From NCBI GenBank assembly GCA_964187785.1, contig OZ076417.1, positions 51,460,001-51,524,000 on the forward strand: DNA of 64,000 nucleotides. Direction: 5' to 3'. This DNA is from Amphiscolops sp. MND2022. Lineage: Eukaryota. The position numbers and the translations under genes are program-made. How positions within the stretch are numbered: position 1 is the stretch's first letter; each line of letters opens with the position of its first letter. The notes under the pieces are model-generated. The model did not search any database, had not been told where the DNA came from, and saw nothing but the letters and a program-made list of their open reading frames with translations. Below, piece by piece: positions 25,601-38,390 of the stretch.

Positions 25601-27489
25601 CGCGCAACGAGAACCAATCACAAGCAAATAGAACATTCGAGAAGAAAAACAGCGTGAACGAAATTGAACAGAGCAAACCAACTACATCCGGGCAGCCCGA
25701 TATTAGCACTTCAAAATCAAGTCACATTTTGTTTCAACGTATTTCATATACCAAGCAAACTTATGGAAAGTTAGAAAAACTGACCGAACCGGGACAACAA
25801 AAACAAATCGATTTTACCGGAAAATTAGATAAACAAAGTATACACGGAGACGTACAAATAATTTTCGCAGTATATAGATTTAGCAAGTGGCCAACCATAA
25901 AAATTTGCAAAACCGCGGAAACAAAAGAAATGATAAAATCTTTAACAAGTAGTTTTAACCTAAACGGAATACCGGAAAAAATCAAATCGGATAAACGAGG
26001 CGACTTTATCGCAGAATAGTACCACCAAATTTGTAAATACCGAAACATAGAAATTCAATACTGTACACCCCGAATACATACGGGTAACGGAGTAGTACAA
26101 CGAGCCATACAGACACTAAAAACTTAGTAATAACAAATATGGAAGACGGTCAAAGCGTTACCGGATGTGTAAACCGAGCATTGCCAGTTATGCGATTCAC
26201 CGTACACACGGGACTTAAGAAAACACCATTTAAATTACATCACGGAAAAAAATCGAGAACCAAATTAACAAACATTGTTGGAGATGGTAAAACTTTTATA
26301 TCTGATTGGTCAGAGTTATGAATTTCAGCACCGATAAGGCCAAAGATCCCCATCTATGTGGGTCGTGACGCAGAAGGCGGAATCATAAACCATATTACGC
26401 CAGAAACAGAACGGAAAAAAAAACCTGACACAAGGACCGAAGTCGCCGAAGAAGAAAAATTCGGTTAGCTTTTCTTTCGAATTTCGGGAGAAAAATCATA
26501 ACAAAAAATTCTTAGCAGGAAAATTCCAAGACAAAATACAACCGCTGTAAGCGGAACCGGAAATACTGTGACAACAGATGCTGGAAGAATTATTAGCCGG
26601 AAATCCATTTCGGGTCCATTATTTCAGACCGAAAGAAAGACCAGACTAGAGCCAGCACCAATAACCAGCGGTGAAATACAACCGAAAAACAGGCACTGCC
26701 TCCGAGGACTAGACGGAAAATATGGCCGCTGTGTCGAGATCCTTCGGGACATATTAAACGGAAAGCTCAAAATTGTTCAGAACCGGAAGAGATCCGATAG
26801 TGAGACGGAAGATAAAGAAGACGATGATGAAATTGAAGAGATGCCGGAGACGACCGGAAACACAACATACAATACATCCGAGCGAAACGGGAAATACGCC
26901 CCGATTCAAACGAATCTGGAAGAACACGTGATACAAATCCACATTGTCTCTGACGGTGAGATATCTGGTGAGAATTTCGAACATAACATACGGCGTTCAA
27001 ACCGAAAAATAAATAAACCGAATAGATACGGTAGCATAACTTATACAGGAAATTTTTGGGGTAAATAGAAAATCAATTTTATCTATTGCAGGTACTTCGT
27101 GAAACAGAAGCAAAGGAACGCCGCAACCGGAAATGGTCCAAAAGCCAGCAGATTTCCTGCCAGGCGACTTAGAAGTGACACCACCCCGACCATCAACTTC
27201 CGCATCGAAGACCCTCTTCGATTAGACGAAGAAACTGAGGAAAAGAGAGAGGGGAAATGTTATACGGTTTATCCGTTGAATGACCTCTACCGAGTTTCGG
27301 TTATAGCCTACTCTGCTACTGTCTAGTCCACCTACGAGTTGTTTGCTAACAAACTCAAATTAGATTATATTTTGTTATACTCATTTTGTATACGAATGTG
27401 CAACAGATAAAGTACTGGAAAAGACTGAGAATAGAAACTTTCTTTTAACTTTCTTTCATCTAAACCTAGCTTAGTTATAGAATAGAACA
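22643..27489 (+). mobile_element. Degenerate Ty3/Gypsy LTR retrotransposon in intron 3
   Basis: LTRs 22643-22716 (internally deleted) and 27258-27489, TGTTAT...AGAACA; TSD CCGGG/CTGGG; decayed PBS TGGCACAGTC; PPT AAAGAGAGAGGGGAAA; protease LLDTGSP, then RT, RNase H and integrase fragments. Confidence 0.92.
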
Positions 27490-28064
27490 CTGGGCCTTAC
27501 ATGAATTCAGGTCCATATATGGTTTCGTATTGAACATGGTAAAGGCTATGAAGGTTTGTTTTTCCAGGCTCACAAAATGTTGGTGCGTTCTTAATTTATT
27601 CTGCTGAGATGTTTTTCATGCTGCTTTCATGCTTATTCACAATGCTCATTTTCTTTTTTTTTTCAAAAAACACAGCAAACTCCGGGAGCCAGTTCGGAAC
27701 TGTAGAAGTGTAAGTATAAATGGCAGAGCAAAAATGCATTTTAAGCAAAAATGGGCAAGACCGGTTATTTATTGTTTTTTGATGTCTCGAAGAGGTGTGT
27801 GTTGTGGTGATCATTGTTTAGTGATAAGAGGATTCCGGTTTTATTGGAGCCATACAATAATGGAATGTCTCTCAACTCACCATTGTCAGACCTTAAACGA
27901 GTTCTTCATTCCTAGTTTTAAAAGATCTAGGCTTAAAACTGGAAGTAGACAAGTAAAATACGACGGAAAAACGTCGAGCAGTCAGACCCTTGTGACCTTG
28001 AGCAGGTCGTTCTGGAAACACAGCTTTAAATATACATTTATTTAACCACTTAATATAAAAAATG

Positions 28065-28196
28065 GTACCATAGTTTGTTACGGGGAGATACAATACGAAA
28101 ATGACGCCAGCTTGAAAATTGTCCTATAAGCAGTTCTCTTTTTTTTTCAAGTTGGCCCCTTTTCGGATTATATCTCCCCGTAACAAACTATGGTAC
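28065..28196. mobile_element. Short palindromic MITE
   Basis: Perfect 26-bp inverted repeat GTACCATAGTTTGTTACGGGGAGATA plus imperfect inner arms; the termini include TA. Confidence 0.75.
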
Positions 28197-28310
28197 GCAA
28201 TTGGGAAAGTAAACTTTTTTGTCTCATGATGTGATCATTTAAGTATACTTGGGACATGTTTGTTTATTTTCAAGTATTTTTTTATTTTTTATGTATGTAT
28301 AAAAACGAAC

Positions 28311-28511
28311 CCAGTTTGTATTCTTCATTATTCACCCCCCAAGGTCCGAAAGCAACAGGACACTCCTGGGAGTCGTAGGGGAACTTGGTGACGTCATACC
28401 TGCACGTGACTTGCATCGTGAGCAGGGAGGACCAGCCACCGACCAGTCCAATGGGGTACACTATCTGGTCATTGAACGACTGGTAGTCCAGTTCTACACC
28501 ATCCAGCACGA
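28311..28511 (-). CDS. Cys-loop receptor exon 3 (Cys-loop, loop B)
   Basis: TTCCTTCAG acceptor and GTTCGT donor; 201 nt; C-x13-C CRYDVTKFPYDSQEC followed by FGPW. Confidence 0.95.
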
Positions 28512-29140
28512 CTGAAGGAAATAATCGCATTTGGGAATTTGATTATGGTTCATGATTTCATAAGCAAATCAAAGTTGGACAAAGTAAATTGAAGACAAAT
28601 CGACAAACTCCAATCGACATATTGTATTGATCCATATTGTGAGTCTTGTGTGAATCACTGTTATTAACAACATTGATTCGAAATTTCGAAAAAAAAGGAT
28701 GAAACGCAAAATGCAGACATGTTTTTAGTCGGCGCCTTTTCCCTTAAGGAAAAAAGCCCGACTCTTACAGTGAGTAGTTTTTTTGTTTTTTTTTCAGTTG
28801 ACAATCTCACTCTGAGTGGTCCACTTTTCTTACAATCTTTGTTCACATTTGTTCACATTTGTTCAACTAATTTTCTGAGAAGCAGGGGATCGTGGGTTCG
28901 ATTCTCGCACTAAACCACAAATTTTTTATGCTTCCAAAAGTAGATGCGAGACCAAAGCTTTGTTTCGTTTCGTTTGATTTTTTTCGTTTTTTTTTCGGCA
29001 CTATGCGACTTTTTTTTGGAAATTTTCGGAATCTATCAATTGCATTTTTTTGAAGTTTTCGGTTTGTAAAAACGTTTAATGAGCCTGAATGGCCTTGTTG
29101 CAAAGCAAATATGGTTGAATTAAAACAAACAAAATCAAGT

Positions 29141-29210
29141 GACCGTAGCACGGTCGGTAGGGTACGGGACTCGAAATTTGAAGGTTACCGGTTCGATTCC
29201 CGAAACAGTC
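29141..29210 (+). other. tRNA-like segment inside the BEL 5' LTR (copy at 35925-35994 in the 3' LTR)
   Basis: A-box-like TAGCACGGTCGGTAG, B-box GGTTCGATTCCC and end pairing GACCGT/ACAGTC; resembles a eukaryotic tRNA-Lys as I recall it; degenerate, not a functional tRNA. Confidence 0.65.
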
Positions 29211-29587
29211 AAATATTTGATACCTCTGAAAATAGTAAAATACATTTTTCAAATATTATGCAAAAAACTTGACCTTGCTATCTCGAAGAAAAATCCCTTG
29301 TTTAATAAAGTTTGTAAACAACTCGATGCTCACTTATTGATTTGATTTGATTTGATTTGATATTGTCTAAACATTTGTTTGAAATATCATTCAGTACTAA
29401 TATGATCAAGATAATTGGAGTGTTCGTTTCTCTCTTCTTTTAAACGGACTGTATTTAGCCGATTCAAAAAAAATACAGTTCCTTCATGGTGTCCAGACCA
29501 GAATATATTTGAATATTCGAAACCGTCACCCAAAAATTCATGATAATTTCGGAATAATTATTATCAACTGGACCAAAGAGGGCGTCC

Positions 29588-29878
29588 CCCTCCCCCGACG
29601 ACCCCGCAATCACTCAGAGACTCAGCACCTGTCTCGACAACATTCTCAAACGCACTAACGGCGTGGTCACAACAGCGACCAGTTTGATCCACGAACTAGT
29701 GAGAAGGAGCCCCGAAGACTACAAGAGCTGTGTGTCATTGGCAGTTTCAAGGCTTTCTAGAAGAGTAACAGCAAATTACACAGACCTTCAGAACTACACG
29801 TACTACTTCGTGGCCGGTCCCTGGCTGTCAGTGAAGCTTCTCCGTCTCCTGCAACTGCACCCCCCAATCCACCGATGA
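29588..29878 (+). pseudogene. AP2A: Captured, permuted fragment of AP-2 complex alpha subunit (alpha-adaptin)
   Basis: [34 protein letters not shown]...[25 protein letters not shown] matches the alpha-adaptin trunk; it is preceded in frame by [20 protein letters not shown], which normally follows it. Confidence 0.88.
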
Positions 29879-30106
29879 TCCCCCAACTCGCCAAGAAGAC
29901 CCACGGTCGTTAGTAACAAAAAAAACTGATAAACTATGGAAACTCTTCATTTCTTTTAACTCTTCGAGATAGCAAATTTCTGAAAACTTCAAGATTTGGT
30001 TTGACCCAAAACTTGCCTAAAATGTGAAATTGAATTTTCCAAAGACTGAAAAAAAGTTTCTCATTCGACAAAAAAAGTATAAATTACCATATTGGAAATT
30101 TAATCC

Positions 30107-33100
30107 TTGACTTGGAAAGTAATTATTGCAAAAAAGTACATGGTGTATATAGTTGCCGCCAGTTCTTTGCATTATGCATTGGAAACACTAATCACCGAAG
30201 AAAAAGAACATTTTAAAAACAAAATATATACCATCCCGGGCCTGAGTCTGAATCCAAATACAAAAAACCCTAGAAAGATCGTTCAAAACTTACTTTCGAA
30301 AGTCACTAACAAAAGGTTGGCTATTTCGCAACAAGTGCCTATTATTCAAACAACCAGTACTTCCTCACACACCCCGCAGCCGTCATTTGTACCGCCAACC
30401 TTCACCATGCCGGTGAACCACATCCTACCTAACTTGTCCGCATGGACTTTCCCGAGCCCGACCGTTAATCCGACGCCGATTGTCACAACAGTTTCACCCC
30501 GGACTCCGCCGACGAGTGTGTCTGCCATTCCTGTTGCTCCCGCATCAATCAGCAACGTACATCCGATACCTGTTACCATTGGGGGTACGGTGTATTATGT
30601 TCCACCGTCGACTCTTAGTACCCCCATTGTCCACACAACGCAACCAACCACATCCTTGAGTCCAACAGCTGCAACCTTTGTGCCAACAGGAACTACGCCA
30701 ATACCGCAAGCAAGTACAACCGGGTTTTCTATTCAAGATATTGCTCTTTTGTTAGCTTCAACCAAGAAAGATCATTTGCCCGAGTGGAAGTTAGCACAAT
30801 ACATCGGAGATCCGCTACAATGGCACGAATGGTTCGGTCAATTCAAATATGCGATCGATGCGGCACCACTGACAGACGATGTCAAGCTAACATACCTGAA
30901 AACCCTCGTAACAGGCAAAGCCAAAACTGCAATTTCTGAGTTCGCCTATTGTGGAGCAATGTATAGAGACGCTCTGAAGACTTTAGAACGGAAATTCGGC
31001 CAACCCCAGACTTTACTAACTGCGTACCTGGACAAGTTATCGAACTTCCCACCTGTAAAGATGCACAACAGTGAGAGCATCATCAGTTACTCGGCGAACA
31101 TCTGTTCTCTAGTCGGAGTCTTCCGGTCACTAAATTACCTCCAAGATCTTTCCAGTGCATCACTGCTGGGACAAGCGGTGCAGAAGCTCCCACTGAATAT
31201 GAAGGAAGCATGGTCGATGCACACGGTGAAGCGAACATTGGACAGGCCAACACTGATCGATTTCAACGACTGTCTAAAAGATGAGGCTGAAGCGCACGAG
31301 CGCATGAAGTCAGCGTCCCTCAAGCCAAAAACTGAAGATAGTACCACTACGGCAACCAAGACTAAAACTATCTCCAAAGTTTTTGCCTCGACAGCCTCGT
31401 CCCGCCTACAAAGTTCTAATTCGAAGGGTAAAGTGGAACAACTACCAAAATGTGTCGCCTGTAAAGACAAACATCCGTTGTGGAGATGTCCAGTTTTCAG
31501 AAAAAAGACACCTACGGAGAGAGCAAAAATTGTAGCAGACAATAAGCTCTGTTTTTCATGCTTCCAACCCAATCACTCGTTCCGACAGTGTCCACAGCTT
31601 CGCAAGTGCACCAAAGATGCCTGTGGAAGCTCACACAACACCTTTTTGCACGGAGCTGAGCGGATATTCACAAAAAGTACCGTCAGAAGCAACAAAATGA
31701 AACTAGAAACATCAGGTTGCATTGGTGCAACGACGAGAACCGAGAAACCAGAAGAAAGCTCAGGCATGCCTTCCGTCACAGGCGTGAAAGGATTACTACA
31801 AGTTACGGAAGTCGAACTTCAATCACATGGTAAGTCAGAAAAAGTTTTAGCGCTGTGTGATTCTGCCTGCAGCCATTCCTGGATCTCAGCGAATCTGGCA
31901 AAAAAGTTGAATGTTAATGGTAAACCAACAAAACTCACTGTCCACGGGATTAATTCTAACCAAGTTGTTGACACACAAATGGTAGAGCTCAAGTTGACAC
32001 CCGTTCATTCAGGTGGCTCTTGCTCGCCGTTTGCTGTAAAGCCGTTCGTCAGGAAAGACCTTAGTGTTGGAACTGACACCATAGACGTCGATATGTTGAA
32101 AACAATGTACCCCTACCTCGAACCAATTGCTTTAAAGAAGTACAGTTACACTGATGTTGAAATGATCCTTGGTCAGGATGTGTTTCACTCGATCCGCCCG
32201 CTGGATTATTTTGATTCCGACCGCAAAAATACTCCAGTTGCCGTCCGTTTACCATTGGGCTGGGTTTTGAGTGGGCCACTACCGTCGACCTCGGGTTTCT
32301 TTTCGACTTTTTTTAAAGCTGTTACTTGTGACAACGAATTTGATACCGCACTTGCCGACCAATTACGTAACTGGTACGTTATAGAATCGTACGGAACGTA
32401 TAAACAAGTAGACTCGCGCTCCGCGGCCGATGCGAGGGCGTCGAAAATACTTGACGAAACAACCTACCACGATGGTAGCCTGTACCAAGTGGGCATGTTG
32501 TGGGCAGAAGACGGAAGTAGCTTGCCGAATAACTACTTTTCTGCCTTGGTACAGCTGAAATCGTTGGAGCGACGTTTCAGTAAAGACCCCGAGTTAAATC
32601 AACGCTATGGCAAAACAATCCAAGACGACTTGGATAAAGGGTACATTGAGAAAATCGACAAAACAGACTGCTTCAAAGTTGACAACCCCCGAGAGTGGTA
32701 TTTGCCACACCACCCAGTTATCCACCCACATAAACACGGAAAAGTCCGCAGAGTTTTGAACGGAGCAACTAAATTTCAGGGCCAGTCTCTGAACAACGCC
32801 TTGTTAACCGGACCGGACTTACTGCAAAGTTTAATCCACATTCTAATCCGTTTTCGACAGTTCAAGTATGCCGTTTCCGCCGACATCGAAGGAATGTTTC
32901 TCCAAGTTGGAGTAATTCCTCGCGACCGACCTTCACTTCGTTTCCTGTGGCGGGAAGATCCAACTTCCCAAATAGCTGTATACCAATATTCCAGGCATAT
33001 TTTTGGCTCCAAAGACTCGCCTACGTGCGCCAACTACGCGTTGAAACGTACTGGCACGGACAACCAAAACGACTTTCCGCAGGCAGCTCAAAGTGTCCAC

Positions 33101-35712
33101 CGGAACTTCTACATGGACGACTACTTGGAGTCAAGTCCGGCTGAGGAAGAGGCCAGCAATAAAGCAAAGCATTTAGTCAAACTACTTGCAAGAGGTGGGT
33201 TCAAGCTAACCAAGTTCGTTTCTAACGTGAGCCAGCTGCCAACCAAGCTCGAACCAGACCTCACATCGAACAAAGAAAAAGCAATACCAAGCGCTGAAGA
33301 GTGTTCCCACGTTTTGGGACTCAAATGGAATCACTCATCCGATACTCTCGTAGTGAGTCGAGGCACGAATCCCGACACCACGAAAAGATAACACAAAGGG
33401 TAACGTTGAGCTTAGTTTCAGCGGTGTGCGACCCAATTGGACTCGTAGCTCCCTACACCGTTCAAGCGAGGTTATTGTTGAAAGACATCTGGAGACTAAG
33501 AGGTCAACAATGGGACGATGACCTACCAGACGAGATTGTAACCAAGTTCATTGAATGGAGTGAAGAGTTAACAATGTTGGGCGAAATTGAAATACCAAGG
33601 AGCTACTTCGAAGGATGCGTGGAATCAATGGAGCTCCACATGTTTGGTGATAGCTCACAAGATGTTTTCAGCGCCGTCGCCTTTTTACGAGGAAAGGTAA
33701 CTGCTGCTAAACTCACCAGTACCGAACTAGCTTTCGTCTTCGGAAAAGCTAGGGTGGCACCTATGGAAGCCCTCACGATTCCCAAGCTCGAGTTACAGGC
33801 CTCCTTGCTTGCCGCACGGCTTCGAAAAGAAATTCAAAATGCCCTCACGATAAAGATTGACAAGATTTTCATGTGGACTGACAGCACGACAGTCCTGCAT
33901 TGGCTCCACTCGTTAGAAAAGCAGCCAGTCTTCGTTACAAACCGTGTAGCGGAAATCCTAGAACTCTGTACGGTAGACGAATGGAACTATGTGAAGTCAA
34001 ATGATAACCCGGCAGCTGCTGGGACACGCGGAATTTGTGCCAAGTCACTTCGCGACAGCCCTTGGCTCACCGGACCTTCCTTTCTGAAAACTTCCGACTG
34101 GCCATTTGTACCACCAACAGACGTTAAATTCAAACTGAAAGCAAAAACAACAGACCTTCATGAAACCAATTACACTACTTTCGAAACTGAGACTGCATTA
34201 AGTGCAACAGTAGCTAGCATCGCGTCAACTCTCGAGTGGCAGAAGTATAGCTCGAACGAGAAACTCCTGCGCGTTGTTGCCTACGCTTTGCGTTCACTGC
34301 CGAAAAACGAATGATACAGTTCCATTTCGGGCTCTGTCACTGATCCACAAGAACTAGAGAATGCTCAATGTAGACTTTTCTACCTCGTGCAACATGAGTC
34401 TTTTCCTACAGAGAAGACGAGTCTGTTGAAAGGATCCCCACTCAACAGTACTTCCAAAATCCTTCAATTTTCCCCCTTCATTGGGCCTCAAGGCCTCTTG
34501 CGAGCAACCGGTCGAACGAAACGACTCGAAGTGTCCATTTGTGATGCCAAACACCCAGTTCTACTCGACAGCCGACATCCTGTCACCCGGCTTTTCTTAG
34601 AACATCTTCATCAAACACACTGTCATCAAGGTGTTGACTATTTGATTGCGCTCGTGCAGCAACAGTTCGCTATTGTCAAACTTAGAACAGCCCTGTGTAC
34701 AGTTGTCTCGAAGTGTGTTACATGTCGGAAACGACGAGCTGATACAATCATTTCGATGATGGCAGATCTTCCCCGCGAAAGACTAGCTTACAAAGAACCT
34801 CCTTTCACCAATACTGGCATCGACTACTTCGGGCCTTTCTACGTTTCTGTTAAAAGGTCAACAGAGAAACGATGGGGTTTCCTTTTCACCTGTCTAACTA
34901 CTAGAGCCGTTCATTTCGAAGTTGTCCCTACGATGGACACCAGTAGTTGTGTGATGGGAATAGAGCGCTTCGCTGCCCGCAGGGGCACTCCATCTGTCTT
35001 GTGGTCTGACAATGGGACAAACTTCATCGCTAGTGAAAAAGAATTGTTACAAAATGTATCAGCTTGGAACCAACAAACCTTGTCGGAGACGCTCGTCAAA
35101 AAACGCATCCAATGGAAGTTTTATCCCCCAAGTGCCCCCCACCATGGAGGTGTCTGGGAATGTATTGTAAGGAGTTTTAAACACATCTTCTACGCGATTC
35201 TTGGAAACCGACGACTAACAGATGAGATTTTGACAACTACGTTTTGTTTAGTCGAGCAGAGTCTCAATTCCCGCCCACTCGTACCTGCAAGTTCAGACGC
35301 CACGTATTTGGATGCTCTGACACCAAATCACTTTTTGTTGGGAACGGCGGGTTCCACAATGCCATCTCACCCACGTGCCGACATCGACCACCGTAAGCGT
35401 TACGTCCGTGCTCAAGCATACTTTGATGCTATCTGGGAACGTTGGCTAAGAGAGTACGTCCCTTCTCTTAATCGTCGTTCAAAGTGGTCGACTCCACCAG
35501 AACGAGATATCATCACCGGAGACCTCGCCTGGATTGTCGAGCCGACGAGTCCACGAGGACATTACCCACTTGCACGAGTGGTTAAGTTGAACTACGGAAC
35601 TGACTCAATCGCCCGCTCCGCAGAACTGAAAACAGCAACCGGAAGCCTAGTTCGACCCATTGTCAAACTTGCACCCGTTCTTCCGTCCCCCGACTCTCCC
35701 AATACCTCTTAA
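30107..35712 (+). pseudogene. BEL/Pao gag-pol polyprotein (one frameshift near 33390, one stop near 34312)
   Basis: Gag WHEWFGQF..., three Cys/His knuckles, protease LCDSACS, RT YLPHHPV...FYMDD, RNase H ELHMFGDSS, integrase GIDYFGP...SDNGTNF...GGVWE. Confidence 0.95.
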
Positions 35713-36524
35713 TGTATAACTCTTTCCGTTTTTGTTTTCTCTTGTAATCGTGCCTAACATGAGTAAAATTGTAACATGTACATCGAAAATCTATGTAAAC
35801 CGTTTTCCGTTTAAAAAAGTTTTTGTACGGCCTCAACTTTTACATTTTTTTGCATTCACACCTTCTTAGGACCGGAGGATGTTGCAAAGCAAATATGGTT
35901 GAATTAAAACAAACAAAATCAAGTGACCGTAGCACGGTCGGTAGAGTACGGGACTCGGAATTTGAAGGTTACCGGTTGGATTCCCGAAACAGTCAAATAT
36001 TTGATACCTTTGAAAATAGTAAAATACATTTTTCAAATAATTTGCAAAAAACTTGACCTTGCTATCTCGAAGAAAAATCCTTTGTTTAATAATGTTTGTA
36101 AACAACTCGATGCTCACTTATTGATTTGATTTGATTTGATATTGTCTAAACATTTGTTTGAAATATCATTCAGTACTAATATGATCAAGATAATTGGAGT
36201 GTTCGTTTCTCTCCTTTTTTAAACGGACTGTATTTAGCCGATTAAAAAAACACAGTTCCTTCAGGCCTCGTTTTGAGTTTTTCGGCATTGTGTGACTTTT
36301 TTCAGAAAATACTTTTTTTGAAAAAAAAATAATTTTTTCCAAAAAGACCTTTTAAAAAAATTAATTTTGTTCCAAATGTTTCCAATAGTTGTTCTTTGAA
36401 TATTTTTGAGCCTTAGATATCGCGCCGACTTGAGACGATCTCGTCTTGTTTTTGCATATTTTACCAGTATAGTGAGGTTATACTTTGTATTTTGCGACAG
36501 AGCAACTATTTGAGAAACTTCAAG

Positions 36525-36633
36525 CGTTTAAGTTTTGTCAAAATTCTCATCATCATTACATGACACGGCCCGGCAGATTCGACTAGGCTCATGTAATGAT
36601 GATGAGAAGCGGAATTTTGACAAAACTTAAACG
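36525..36633. repeat. Foldback hairpin
   Basis: About 39-bp arms CGTTTAAGTTTTGTCAAAATTCTCATCATCATTACATGA with a 6-nt insertion in the right arm and a 25-nt loop. Confidence 0.75.
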
Positions 36634-37327
36634 GGAAAACTTTCCGGGAAAGTTTTTCATGCTGCATCCATGCATGCCGGCTATTTGTTTGTGAAACGGG
36701 GAAAATTCCGGAACCCTGTATGGAAAAATTTTGTAAATTGCTAAGTAGTTTTGTAAAAATCACCGATTAACATTTTAAAATGAAAATAAATGAACTGTCA
36801 TGTAAATTTGGTACCACAATATCTCCTAAACTAATCAAGTCCGACGATTTATATCGCAATTCATAGAAGACGAAAGATGCATATTTGGTTACGAAAGAAG
36901 ACAACCAGGGTTTTTAAATTGATTTTTGAACTGCTCTGTTACACTGGCTCCAGACCTTGCGCCAAACGTTTGCACGCCTCATGTCTCTGACTGAACTTCA
37001 GCATGTTTCAAAATATGCTGGGGCCACTTTGATCCAATCTTGATACCAGTGGAATAAAGTGGCCAAAAACTAAAACTAGAAAAGCGGAAAACCTTCTCTG
37101 TTTTTTAAAAGATTTTTTGTCCCCATTTTCTTGATTTTGGAGACATTAAGTCAATATTCTGTGAAAAGGCAAGCAATGCTATGTAAAATCGTCTGAAAAT
37201 CTTTTTCAAGTGTTTTTGGTTACTATACAGTCAACTGGTGTCTTGAGAGTTTTGCAGAAGATAAATGGTACAAAATCGTACCGTTGTCAATTAGGGGTTT
37301 AAAAACTCTAATGGTGAAGTGTCTTAC

Positions 37328-37481
37328 TTATGCTAGGTGTCCAGAATGTTCTGGCTGGAACAACCAAGTTGGTGATATTTGCCCGCTCATCCGGATCCCA
37401 ACTGGCCGAGGGAACGTAGTAATAGTAGTAGAGCCAGAACTTCGCCTGCAGGATCCCATTTTTTTCATCCACGTTCAAAAT
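37328..37481 (-). CDS. Cys-loop receptor exon 2
   Basis: GATAG acceptor and GTAAGA donor; 154 nt; ILNVDEKNGILQAKFWL...WDPDERANITNLVVPARTFWTPSI matches IIxVDEKNQ...WxP...WxPDI. Confidence 0.95.
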
Positions 37482-38201
37482 CTATCAGGGTACCATCTCT
37501 TGCTCTCGATCACTCAAGTTAATTCTAGATCGACTCAAAATGCATTTTCTTCATTTTCTTGCAAGAACTCCTTGCAACATCCTACATGCAGAGCACGAAA
37601 GTTTCTTACAGGATTTTGAAAAAAAAATACCTCCTGTAGCATCCTCTTCTACTCATTTTTATGTTTACTTGTTTAAAAAACTGAAAATGTTCAAGATTTT
37701 ACACTAAATCTTTCCTCAGAGAAGATTTTTTGACTCAACTAGAGAACTTATTGCAGAGTCAAATCCATTTTAAAAGTCTTGGCGAATAAACATTGGGGTA
37801 CAAGCTCGCACCTGTCGATGTTGGTGATAGTGCGTTTTGGAAACTCAGACATTTCAAAAAATTTGCGAAAAGATACAAATTGAATTGAACACTTGTCCCA
37901 AAAACATTTCTTAATTGGATTTGTTTTACTAGGTGATGAGAAATTTAAAAAAGTTGACATTTCACTTGTCATCCAAGACTTTACCTAGTTTTAGTTCTGT
38001 TGGCAGAGACAAGAAAAGTTGTAAGACTCATTCACTGTCCTGATTGATGGTCTTTTTTAAAATTTTCTACTAAATCTTATTTTCGTTGACTAATTAATGA
38101 CTTTCAATTAAATTAACTTCTACTTCTACTAACATTTCTTGATATGTTTTTTTTATGATTCCCTTCAAGTTATGTATTTTTGGGGAGAGCAAGAGGAATG
38201 C

Positions 38202-38390
38202 CTGGTAAAGGTCGAAGAAGATGAAGACTGTGTTGTTTAGCATGTCGAAGGGCATGGTGTATTTGGTGATCCTGCTTCTGAGAAAGACCATCATCTCTGA
38301 CTCGTTGTCAACCCCGTTGGTTGCAGCGGAGTGAACAAGGTAAACAAGGGAGGAGGACAAGAGAAGGAGGAGAAATGGAAGAACATTCAT
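38202..38390 (-). CDS. Cys-loop receptor exon 1 (signal peptide, N-terminal helix)
   Basis: MNVLPFLLLLLSSSLVYLVHSA signal-like peptide, then ESEMMVFLRSRITKYTMP...VFIFFDLYQ; GC donor CAG|GCATTC; phase-0 join to exon 2. Confidence 0.88.

Larger units (their letters stand above)
29096..36263 (+). mobile_element. BEL/Pao LTR retrotransposon in intron 2
   Basis: LTRs 29096-29486 and 35880-36263 (TGTT...TTCA, about 97% identical by eye); 5-bp TSD GGCCT; PBS-like TGGTGTCCAGACCAGAAT; PPT AGGACCGGAGGA. Confidence 0.97.

Noticed and set aside
28880-29210. Functional tRNA genes
   Set aside because: The tRNA-like pieces have mismatched stems and sit inside repeats or LTRs.
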